This document shows positions 48,952 to 57,917 of a stretch of 64,000 nt of DNA, piece by piece. Within the stretch, counting starts at the first letter, position 1. Every line of letters begins with the position of its first letter. The stretch is from an uncultured Bacilli bacterium (GTDB taxonomy: Bacteria > Bacillota_I > Bacilli_A > RF39 > UBA660), in assembly GCA_947626515.1 (NCBI GenBank), contig CANQSL010000003.1, positions 2,028 to 66,027 of the forward strand, read 5' to 3'. The translations under genes and the position numbers were made by a program. Under the pieces are notes generated by a model. It did no database searches. It was not told the origin of the DNA and was given only the letters and a program-made list of their open reading frames with translations.

Positions 48952-49887
48952 ATGATAAGTGTTATAATTCCAACTTTTAATGAAGAAGGAAATATATTGG
49001 AATTAAATAAAAAATTATTAAATAATTTAAAAAATTTAGATTATGAATTAATATATATAGATGATGGCTCTAATGATAATACTTTAAAAAAAATTAAATC
49101 GATAGCTTTAAAAGATGAAAATATAAAATATATATCATTTAGTAGAAACTTTGGGAAAGAATCTGCTATGTATGCTGGTTTAAAATACGCTAAAGGAGAT
49201 TACATTTGCATAATCGATTCTGATTTACAACAAAATCCAAAATATATTGTTAGTATGTACGAATATTTAAAAGATAATGATGAAGTCGATCAAATTGTAA
49301 TGGTAATGAAAAATAGAAAAAATGAAAATATAATAAAAAGAAACTTAAAAAAAATATTTTATAAAACTATTAATAAATTATCAGATATAAATTTAATAGA
49401 TGGCGCAAGTGATTTTAGAATGTTTAGACGCAATGTTTTGAATGCAATATTATCTTTAAATGAAAAAAATAGATTTTCTAAAGGAATTTTTTCTTGGATT
49501 GGCTTTAATACTCAATATATGTATTATGATGTAGAAAAAAGATTTAGTGGAAAAACTAAATTCAATAATAAAGAACAAATTAGCTATGCAATAAAAGGAA
49601 TCACAAATCACTCCATAAAGCCTTTATATTTATCTACTATTATTGGTACAGTGATTTCCTCTATATCATTAATTTATATTATTATAACTATTGTTAAAGT
49701 TCTAATGTTTGGAAAAGATACTCCTGGTTATGCATCTTTATTAGTAGTAATATTATTTTTAGGAGGCATACAATTAATTTTTATAGGAATATTAGGTACA
49801 TATATTGGAAAAAATTATATAGAAACTAAAAATAGACCTATATATATAGAAAAAGAAACTAAAGGATTTGATAATACTATTCTTTAG
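48952..49887 (+). CDS. GtrB/CsbB-like family 2 glycosyltransferase (polyprenyl-phosphate sugar synthase type)
   Basis: ISVIIPTFNEEGNI...YELIYIDDGSNDNT...SRNFGKESAMYAGLKYAKGDY.CIIDSDLQ, followed by two C-terminal TM helices (the GtrB topology). The ATG at 48952 has an AGAGGTGA RBS. Confidence 0.8.
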   Translation: MISVIIPTFNEEGNILELNKKLLNNLKNLDYELIYIDDGSNDNTLKKIKSIALKDENIKYISFSRNFGKESAMYAGLKYAKGDYICIIDSDLQQNPKYIVSMYEYLKDNDEVDQIVMVMKNRKNENIIKRNLKKIFYKTINKLSDINLIDGASDFRMFRRNVLNAILSLNEKNRFSKGIFSWIGFNTQYMYYDVEKRFSGKTKFNNKEQISYAIKGITNHSIKPLYLSTIIGTVISSISLIYIIITIVKVLMFGKDTPGYASLLVVILFLGGIQLIFIGILGTYIGKNYIETKNRPIYIEKETKGFDNTIL

Positions 49888-49893
49888 TTTCTT

Positions 49894-52143
49894 TTATTCG
49901 TCTTGGAAGAAATCGTCAAAATATTGATCATCTGTTATTGACTCATCTTCTTTATCATCTTTTGGTTTATTTTCCTTTGATTCTTCTTTAGCATTTTCCA
50001 ACAATATATCATTAAATGATTTATTTTTATTGCTACTATTATCTATTATTTCTACATCGCTATCACTATCTAAATCATCATCTATTTCAAATTTATCTAT
50101 TGAATCATTTTTATCTATAGGTTCATCTTTTGTTTCTAAATCTTTATTATCAGATTTATTTTCCTGTTTTTCTTTTTCTAATCTCTCTTCTTCTTCTAAT
50201 TCAGCAATTTTAGCATCTATTCTCTTTAATAAATCATCTACGTCAAAATCATTTTCACCAGCAAAAGGATTAGGTTGATTTAAACTATCTTTAGAGCCCA
50301 TTGGTGGTTTTGAATTTTCAAATGGGTTAGACATATTTGCATTAGCAATAAACGGATTATTAGGCATAGTATCACCAAAATGGAATCCATTTCCCATTGG
50401 TGGCATACTGCCAAAACTACTCATTACTTTATCTTGCTTTTTTGATTTAACAAATTCCTTAATGTCAAAAATACCTATTTCTCCTCTTTTTCTTTCAGAA
50501 AAATCAGCTTTAGGATAAGTTTGTCCCCAGTTTATTTCGTAACTTGGTTTTAACTTAGTTTTAAAAGGATTTAGTCTAGATCTTATTAAAACAACTTCAT
50601 TCATTTTCATTTTTTGTAAGTCACTAACTGTAATTAATGGTGTAGAGGCAGTTTTATCTTTATCTTTAGACTTTTTCTCACCACATAATTTACTTATTTC
50701 TTCTAATGCTGCTAACTCAGTTGTTAATAAGTAAATTAAATTTCCACAGTTACTTCTAATTGTTTCTGCATCTTCTTTGCCATAAACATCATTTAATTGT
50801 GCAAAGTTCTGAATAATAAATGTAAATCTAATTGCTCTACTTCTTGCGGCAGTAACCATAGTTGTTACATCTTTTAAAGGTGGCATATTTGCAAACTCAT
50901 CCAAAATAAAATTAGTTCTAACTGGTAACTTTCCACCACTTTCTTGAGCTACATCAATTAAAGTTTCATAACATTGTTTAATAAATATTGTCGCTAAAGC
51001 ATGATATGTAGTTTTTTCATCATGTATAACCATAAATACAGCAGTAGGAACTTTTCCTATTTCCCTCATATTAAAGTCGCTACGCGATAACATTTCAGAA
51101 AGTTGTTCACGACTGGCAAAAAGACGTATTTTTTGTCTAAAAACTGATAGAATTCCACCTTTTGTTTCAGCCGGTGAATTAATTGTATTAGAAGCAAATA
51201 TATATGGTGTACTAGATTCACCTTTTAATCCAAAATATTCTTTAATATAATTAGAAGTTGCAAACTTTTCTTCTCCAACAGTTGTTACATAACTTATACT
51301 ATTTAAATTAATTTCTTCTTCTTTTGCATCTTCAAATAATCCCAAAGCTACACCTGAAAAATAGTCTGCTGCACTATTTTCCCAAAATGGATCTTGTGCT
51401 TTTTTATCTTTTAAAATATTTAATGCTACGTCATCTACTAGTTCTGTAGCTTTATCCGTATTTCCTTTTTTGTATAATTGATATGGTAGTGTTAATGGAT
51501 TCCAACAATTTCCATATTGTGGATTACGGAAATTTAAAACAATAATTTTATATCCTCTTGCTCTTAACAAATTTGAATGTTGTTTATATATTTCTCCTTT
51601 TGGATCTGTTATAATCATACTTTCTTTTGCTTTAGCTAAACTATAAACTAGAGGGTCAACTACACTTGTAGTTTTACCACTACCAGTTGCTCCTATAACT
51701 AATGTATGATTTTCACCATTATCAACCCACATATCTTTACCGTTATTTACTAAAACTGTACCTGCTGCTTTTGAATCAGGTTGATTAATAGGAACTTTAA
51801 CAATTTTATATGAATTTTTTATTTCTCTTTCACTTGCCCACCTAGCATATCCATCTTCATTTTTTTCATTAATTTTAAAACCAATACCTGGCCCCTTTTC
51901 TCTTTCAAAAATATATGATGAAACGCTGAAAAAAATTGCAATTAATACAATTATGAATAATAGTAAAGTAGGAAGTATGTATTTTGAACTAAATCCTATA
52001 ATTGGATTTATACCATAAAAAACTCCTTCATTGATTATTCCCAATGCATTAGATACAACTATACTTGATAAGAATAATAAAAATATACAAAATATTATAA
52101 ATATAATTAAATCTTTCGATGAAACCCTAAATTTCATAAACAT
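49894..52143 (-). CDS. type IV coupling protein (VirD4/TraG family)
   Basis: Two N-terminal TM helices. Walker A is HTLVIGATGSGKTTSVVDP, followed by ITDPKGEIY and NPL, with Walker B FILDEFANMP. A ~190-aa low-complexity acidic/Asn-rich C-terminal tail is present. Confidence 0.85.
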   Translation of the reverse strand: MFMKFRVSSKDLIIFIIFCIFLLFLSSIVVSNALGIINEGVFYGINPIIGFSSKYILPTLLLFIIVLIAIFFSVSSYIFEREKGPGIGFKINEKNEDGYARWASEREIKNSYKIVKVPINQPDSKAAGTVLVNNGKDMWVDNGENHTLVIGATGSGKTTSVVDPLVYSLAKAKESMIITDPKGEIYKQHSNLLRARGYKIIVLNFRNPQYGNCWNPLTLPYQLYKKGNTDKATELVDDVALNILKDKKAQDPFWENSAADYFSGVALGLFEDAKEEEINLNSISYVTTVGEEKFATSNYIKEYFGLKGESSTPYIFASNTINSPAETKGGILSVFRQKIRLFASREQLSEMLSRSDFNMREIGKVPTAVFMVIHDEKTTYHALATIFIKQCYETLIDVAQESGGKLPVRTNFILDEFANMPPLKDVTTMVTAARSRAIRFTFIIQNFAQLNDVYGKEDAETIRSNCGNLIYLLTTELAALEEISKLCGEKKSKDKDKTASTPLITVSDLQKMKMNEVVLIRSRLNPFKTKLKPSYEINWGQTYPKADFSERKRGEIGIFDIKEFVKSKKQDKVMSSFGSMPPMGNGFHFGDTMPNNPFIANANMSNPFENSKPPMGSKDSLNQPNPFAGENDFDVDDLLKRIDAKIAELEEEERLEKEKQENKSDNKDLETKDEPIDKNDSIDKFEIDDDLDSDSDVEIIDNSSNKNKSFNDILLENAKEESKENKPKDDKEDESITDDQYFDDFFQDE

Positions 52144-52184
52144 CCCCTCAACATAAATATTATAAACTAATATGATTTTTTTTT

Positions 52185-52868
52185 CTACATTTTATTAGCT
52201 TTTTTAAATTTTATATAAAATATGAAAACTGCAATTATTAAAACTAATAATAAAATTAATATTACAACTTCATATTTTATATTATTAATCTTCTCAAATT
52301 TTGCTCTAGTTTCTTCTTCATTAAATAAAATTTCTATTTCCTTATCTTTATAATTATTTTTATTTATAAACCAATAATATACGTCATCTTCTACTTTATC
52401 GGCATTGCTATTTTCAACTATTTTATCAGTTTTAAATGATATCTCTATATTTTTTAAATCTTCATAATTTGTAAAAACATTATTAATATCACTAAATTTT
52501 AGCTTACTATTATTTATAATTATGCTATTAAATAAAATATGCATAATAAAGCTATCACTAATTTCACTTTGAGAAAATTTATAATTTAAATTAATTCCAT
52601 AATTTGAACCATCATCTATTAAACTTTTATTATAAAATTTATATTTATTTAAATTTTCATTTAAAGCTAATTCTTCTTGATCATCCAAATAATTTATAGA
52701 TATATTATAATTTAAATATTCATCAATAGGAATACCATTCAATTCTTTACTTTTTCCATTAAGTATATTTAAATCTTCTTTAAATTCACCATCTATATAT
52801 TCTAAATTATACTTAGCATTACATCCAGTTAAAATTATGAATAACATAAGAATTATTATTTTCTTCAT
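52185..52868 (-). CDS. lipoprotein with additional C-terminal TM helix
   Basis: Lipobox MKKIIILMLFIILTGC. A C-terminal hydrophobic helix (VVILILLLVLIIAVFIFYI) is followed by KFKKANK. Confidence 0.6.
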   Translation of the reverse strand: MKKIIILMLFIILTGCNAKYNLEYIDGEFKEDLNILNGKSKELNGIPIDEYLNYNISINYLDDQEELALNENLNKYKFYNKSLIDDGSNYGINLNYKFSQSEISDSFIMHILFNSIIINNSKLKFSDINNVFTNYEDLKNIEISFKTDKIVENSNADKVEDDVYYWFINKNNYKDKEIEILFNEEETRAKFEKINNIKYEVVILILLLVLIIAVFIFYIKFKKANKM

Positions 52869-52874
52869 AATAAC

Positions 52875-54773
52875 CTATCCTTTACAATTATTAGCATAAT
52901 AATTAGACATGCTAACTAATGTATATTTATTAAATTCACCATATTTATATTCACTAAATACTATTCCATATCTAGCCCCTTTTGCCTCTGCAACTACTAA
53001 AGAAGAACCAGTATTTTTTATAATTAACATTACATGTGAATTATTTGCAGCAATATCACCAGCAACAGCAGCATTAACTGTAGTTTTATTGCCAAGATTT
53101 TTAAAACTTCTCGCTACTATTGGAGTAAAGTTAGTACATCCCCCATTTTTTAATGCCCATGAAACAAAGCCACTACAATCCAATCCATCAGCTTGATAAG
53201 ATCCTGCTGGTTGTGCTGAGGAACCAAATGCTGTAACTCTAACTTTAGCTCCCCAATTACCATTTATTCCTTCTGAAATATTTCCATGTCCTCCACCCCA
53301 TAAATAAGGTATTACTATTTTTTCGTTTAAAGCTCCTTGTATTAAATCATAAGCCGCTATTGAAACAGCATCTCCCGTTCCTACTCCAGCTTTTATAACA
53401 TCATTTTTTATAAGTTGATTCCAATTATTTAATTTATCACTTCCAATTTGAGATATTATTGTCTCTCCAGCTGATAATTTATCAAATCCTCCACCAGAAA
53501 GTGATGTTTGTGAAATATCAGAAATACTACCTCCAGAGCAAACTACACTTTTTGTATTTATTATTAATTCTGGTATTTTATTTGTAATGTTAGTTTCCCC
53601 AGATGTAACTGATAAATCTAAATAATTATTAGAAAAACTATTTTTTAACTTATTGTTATATTCTTCATTCTCTGTTGAAACAATAAATATTTTGTTGTTA
53701 TAATTTTTAGATAAATCTTTATAATAATCAATATATGAATCAGCATTTTCTGCATCAGTATCACCTAAACTAAATACTAAAATCATATTTGAATCATTTA
53801 TCAATTTTGATTCTATTTCTTGTTTATTATTATTGAGCCAATCATAATTAGCACCACTAGAAGTTAAATTATTAGATGTATTGCTAACTTTATTATCACC
53901 AATATAAAAAATTCTTGAATTTATATCATCAACCGTACAAGAACTACTGCTTCCAACATATGAACTTGCTAAAGCAGTAGTATTAGTAAGTTTTAAATTT
54001 TCTATATCTTTTCCTGTTAACATTACTACAAACATTATAAGTATATAACATAAAAAACCAAAACTTACTATAGCCAATTTCATAGGGAATGATGCTATAG
54101 AAGATAAGATAAAAGTACCTTTTTCCTCTTTTTCTTCTTCATCGTTATCATTATCTGTATCTTTATCATCTATATCTAAATCATCAACTGGTAATGGTAA
54201 TTCATCGTCAATTTTGTTTTCAGAAACAGTTTCTTTAGCAGGTGCACTTGCTTTTTGAGATACTACACCTTCAACTTTTTTTGATTTATTTGATGAACCA
54301 GTTGTTAATTTATCACTATTAGGAACACTATTATTATTTCCAGCAAAGTTATTCATTCCTTTAATTCCTGACATATTATTCATACCTGAGGCAGAAGATG
54401 AAGCAGCACCTCCAGCATTAGGAGCCCCACTAGAACCTAATCCTCCTATCATATCATACCCTTCCGAAGCTGCATCTATTAACCCTGTTTCATCTAATTT
54501 GTTTGCTATTTTCCCTACAGCATTACCTACCATAGGTGTTTTTTCGATTACCGTTGCAGCTTGATCAGCTACTTTATCTAAAGCTTCATCAACTTTGTCG
54601 CCAACTACTGGCATATTAGATGCTTGCGATATTACTCCACCTGTAAAATAATCTCCTACAGCTTTAGCAGCAAGCTTAGTTGTTTTTTGTACAGCTTCGT
54701 GTTCTTGTTCTTCTTCTGTTTTTTCTTCTTTAGATGGTTCTTCATCATTTCTATTTGCTTTATACTTTTCCAA
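52875..54773 (-). CDS. bitopic protein with C-terminal NlpC/P60 peptidoglycan endopeptidase domain
   Basis: TTG start at 54773 behind a G7 Shine-Dalgarno. About 225 aa of cytoplasmic G/A/S/D-rich region, then one TM helix, then an extracellular region ending in PYLWGGGHG...GLDCSGFVSWALKNGG (NlpC/P60 Cys motif). Confidence 0.75.
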   Translation of the reverse strand: MEKYKANRNDEEPSKEEKTEEEQEHEAVQKTTKLAAKAVGDYFTGGVISQASNMPVVGDKVDEALDKVADQAATVIEKTPMVGNAVGKIANKLDETGLIDAASEGYDMIGGLGSSGAPNAGGAASSSASGMNNMSGIKGMNNFAGNNNSVPNSDKLTTGSSNKSKKVEGVVSQKASAPAKETVSENKIDDELPLPVDDLDIDDKDTDNDNDEEEKEEKGTFILSSIASFPMKLAIVSFGFLCYILIMFVVMLTGKDIENLKLTNTTALASSYVGSSSSCTVDDINSRIFYIGDNKVSNTSNNLTSSGANYDWLNNNKQEIESKLINDSNMILVFSLGDTDAENADSYIDYYKDLSKNYNNKIFIVSTENEEYNNKLKNSFSNNYLDLSVTSGETNITNKIPELIINTKSVVCSGGSISDISQTSLSGGGFDKLSAGETIISQIGSDKLNNWNQLIKNDVIKAGVGTGDAVSIAAYDLIQGALNEKIVIPYLWGGGHGNISEGINGNWGAKVRVTAFGSSAQPAGSYQADGLDCSGFVSWALKNGGCTNFTPIVARSFKNLGNKTTVNAAVAGDIAANNSHVMLIIKNTGSSLVVAEAKGARYGIVFSEYKYGEFNKYTLVSMSNYYANNCKG

Positions 54774-54787
54774 AAAAACCCCCCCTT

Positions 54788-55288
54788 TTAATCAAGTTCT
54801 ACAGTATACGCATCTAAATAAACTTCATAATCCATTATTGAATTTTCTACAAAAATATAAAAGTTTTCTGCATCATCATATACATAAAATACTTTTTTTC
54901 CATCAATATTACCTATACTGTATTTAGATAGTTGGGAATTAATAAATTCAAGACTTAAATTATTTACAATATATTCATTAAATCTATCTAAACTCCCAAA
55001 TTTTAGTTCTCTATACTTTTCGTTTAAACTGTCATAAGCCATTTGGCTATTATTAATCATATTGTTTTTGAAATCATTTAAATAAATTTTAATAACTGAT
55101 TCATCAGTCATATAAACTGGCAAATATTCATTTGCATCATAGTGTTTCATGGAAAAGTTATTTTCTTCTTTTTCTATTACTTCATCACTAAATTTATCAC
55201 TTGAAAATCTATAATATATTAAAAAAGCTATTAAAACAAGGAAAAAACAAATTATAATGATTTTTTTATTGTTTAAAATATTTTCCAT
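54788..55288 (-). CDS. small N-terminally anchored protein, VirB8/TcpC-like candidate (paralogue a)
   Basis: One TM helix followed by a ~130-aa alpha+beta domain. Shares ..LNEKY.. and the overall pattern with the 55306-55815 product. Its position matches VirB8-like/TcpC-like components. Confidence 0.4.
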   Translation of the reverse strand: MENILNNKKIIIICFFLVLIAFLIYYRFSSDKFSDEVIEKEENNFSMKHYDANEYLPVYMTDESVIKIYLNDFKNNMINNSQMAYDSLNEKYRELKFGSLDRFNEYIVNNLSLEFINSQLSKYSIGNIDGKKVFYVYDDAENFYIFVENSIMDYEVYLDAYTVELD

Positions 55289-55305
55289 AACCTTTCCTCC
55301 ATTTA

Positions 55306-55815
55306 TTATTTAAATATTTCTCCATTATATGGAGCTATATTAAATATTTGATTATTTGTATCTAATTCTAATACAAAATATTCATTTCTTTCAAATTGAC
55401 TAGATTCAATAGTATCAATATATAAATTTCCTAAGACATAAAATTTATATATTCCTTCTTGCAATGTTTCATAATACATTTTCTTTGAAACAAATGAATA
55501 AGTTGTATCATTAAAATTAGGTAAAAATGTATAAATATTTGATTTTGTTATTTTATTATCACTTATATATTTTTCATTTAAAACTTTTAATAAACTATCT
55601 TTATCGTCACTTTGCAAATATTGCATATATTTTGAAATACAAGAATTTACTGTAAAAAACCTAGAATAATCAGTAACTAAAGAAATTTTTTCTTCATTAT
55701 TAACATTGACTTTTTTTTCATTAGAAGGATTTTGAAAAGAATATATAATTAAACTAATTATTACTAAACATACACAAATAATTAATAATTTATAATCACT
55801 TTTTTTTAACTTCAT
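55306..55815 (-). CDS. small N-terminally anchored protein, VirB8/TcpC-like candidate (paralogue b)
   Basis: Same architecture as 54788-55288. Confidence 0.4.
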   Translation of the reverse strand: MKLKKSDYKLLIICVCLVIISLIIYSFQNPSNEKKVNVNNEEKISLVTDYSRFFTVNSCISKYMQYLQSDDKDSLLKVLNEKYISDNKITKSNIYTFLPNFNDTTYSFVSKKMYYETLQEGIYKFYVLGNLYIDTIESSQFERNEYFVLELDTNNQIFNIAPYNGEIFK

Positions 55816-55825
55816 AAATCCTCCT

Positions 55826-57904
55826 TTATGAATTAAGTTTATAATTTCCCTTACTAAATAATTCCCATTCTGCTTCTCTACGTCTTCTCAATCCATCCAT
55901 ATATTGTCCATTATTAGCTTTTACTGGGGTGCTCATATAATTTGTATATAACGCATTAGTATTTCCATATTGCTTATATGCTTTTGGGAAATTCTTAATA
56001 TTTCCAGTATTAAACGTTCTACTTACCAAAGCATCTATTTGATAATTTTCTAAAGATATTCCTGCATTTGACAATGTCGATTTTACGTAATTTACATTAT
56101 CCTGTATCTCCATCTTAAATATTTCATCTACAATTTCTTTTTTTACTTTAGAACCGTAAGTAATACTATCAGGATTTACACCTAATTGTCTAAATCTTTC
56201 TTTATTATATTTAACAGCAATACCTACACCTATAGTAACGTTGTGTGCTCCATCATCAAATGCTATATAATAATCTCCATCTTCTTTTGGAGCTCCTTCC
56301 CAACTATAGATAAAATCAAATAAATTCCCTCCACCTACTCCACAAGTGCTTGTAGAAGATGTAGGTCTAGGAGTTTCGGCAGAAACAAAATTTAATGGTT
56401 GTTGTGCGTTGGCGCTTGATGAACCACCAACTCTTACTTCAAAGTGTAAATGATTACCTGTAGAATTTCCAGTACTTCCCACTTTTCCAATTACTTGTCC
56501 TTGAACAACACTGTCTCCCGCTTGGACTCTTAAAGAATGTGTCTGCATATGTGCATATACTGTATAATTTCCATCTTCATGTTGAATTATTACATAATTT
56601 CCAAAAGATCCTCCACAACTTTTGTTTCCTTCTACACAATTACCAGTATCTCCAGCTTTAGGATATATAACAGTACCATTTTTTGCTGCAATAACATTTG
56701 AACCTCCAGCTGCTGCTATATCAATACCTTTATGATGCTGTACTGTACCATAATTAGGTCTTATTCTAACTACAAATCCACTTGAAATTCTAGTACTTAC
56801 AGGCATTCCAATCGCTAATTCAATTGCACCACTAGATGTCACATCACTTCCTCCTATTGGCCACCAATAAACATCATTATTGCATGAACTTATAAACGCG
56901 CCCGCCGGAGTAGTTGCAAAAGTACCATAATCTTCAATTATTGACTGAATATTGTTTATAATTCTTTCTCTTGAAGCAATTATTAAATCTTTGTATTCTT
57001 CATATTCTTCTTGTGTTAATTCAGACATTGTTTTATGATTTGTCTGCTTTAAAACCGTTTCAAAATATGATTGTAAATGAACTTTTTTATCAAAATAATC
57101 ATCATTTTTCAAAAAGTCCCAATATAATTCTTCATTTACTTGTTTTTCTGAAACATCACCTAACATATATGAACTGTAACCTTTAGTTTTTTCCATACAT
57201 TCTTGTTCATTATTGTTACTACTAAAAATACTTATACCTAACATTTCAAAAAAACTAGATTTCAACGTTGCAACATTTTGAACACATTTTCCATTTAAAG
57301 GAACATAATCTCCACTACAAACTAAAGAAGTACTTCCATTATCATTTGTAACAGTATGAGGAGTTTCATTAGAAACACCATAACAAGCTCTGGTATAACC
57401 TATCATATTATTCATAAGAGTTTTTAAACTATCAGCTTCTTTTTTAAAATACTCCCTTGCTCTTTCTAATTCACCATCATCACTTGCAATATATTTTGAA
57501 CTACTTTCAGATTCGTCAATAGCATATCCATAATTGTGAACTTGTCCCTCATATTCATCTGGAATAGTTCCTTCATCAGCAAAAGAATCTGGAGTCAAAC
57601 CAAAAAACACTGTTTCAATTATAATATTATCATTTATAAAATAACCTCTATTTTGATAAGTTGCTAATAAACTATATAATCTTTTATAAAATTTTTCTTT
57701 TGTTTTTAAAACTCTGTCTACGCAATCTGTATCTCCATTTTCACATCCACTTACCCAATAACTTTTATGTTGTTCTAAAAATGTATCCCAATCAAAAGCA
57801 GAGTAAGCAAAACTAGATGCAAAAACATTTTTATTTATACAAAAAAATGCCATTAAAAGAAAAGTGATTAACACCCCTCTTTTAAATAGAACATTTTTTT
57901 TCAT
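55826..57904 (-). CDS. secreted bifunctional cell-wall hydrolase: M23 metallopeptidase + GH24-type lysozyme
   Basis: The ATG at 57904 has an AAGGAAGTGA RBS. Signal/anchor, then the M23 motifs HHKGIDIAA and GNSTGNHLHFEVR. The C-terminus has YSWEG..DGDYYIAFDDGAHNVTIGVGI, YQIDALVSRTFNTG and GLRRRREAEWELF, typical of phage-type lysozyme. Confidence 0.8.
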   Translation of the reverse strand: MKKNVLFKRGVLITFLLMAFFCINKNVFASSFAYSAFDWDTFLEQHKSYWVSGCENGDTDCVDRVLKTKEKFYKRLYSLLATYQNRGYFINDNIIIETVFFGLTPDSFADEGTIPDEYEGQVHNYGYAIDESESSSKYIASDDGELERAREYFKKEADSLKTLMNNMIGYTRACYGVSNETPHTVTNDNGSTSLVCSGDYVPLNGKCVQNVATLKSSFFEMLGISIFSSNNNEQECMEKTKGYSSYMLGDVSEKQVNEELYWDFLKNDDYFDKKVHLQSYFETVLKQTNHKTMSELTQEEYEEYKDLIIASRERIINNIQSIIEDYGTFATTPAGAFISSCNNDVYWWPIGGSDVTSSGAIELAIGMPVSTRISSGFVVRIRPNYGTVQHHKGIDIAAAGGSNVIAAKNGTVIYPKAGDTGNCVEGNKSCGGSFGNYVIIQHEDGNYTVYAHMQTHSLRVQAGDSVVQGQVIGKVGSTGNSTGNHLHFEVRVGGSSSANAQQPLNFVSAETPRPTSSTSTCGVGGGNLFDFIYSWEGAPKEDGDYYIAFDDGAHNVTIGVGIAVKYNKERFRQLGVNPDSITYGSKVKKEIVDEIFKMEIQDNVNYVKSTLSNAGISLENYQIDALVSRTFNTGNIKNFPKAYKQYGNTNALYTNYMSTPVKANNGQYMDGLRRRREAEWELFSKGNYKLNS

Positions 57905-57917
57905 ATAAATCACTTCC

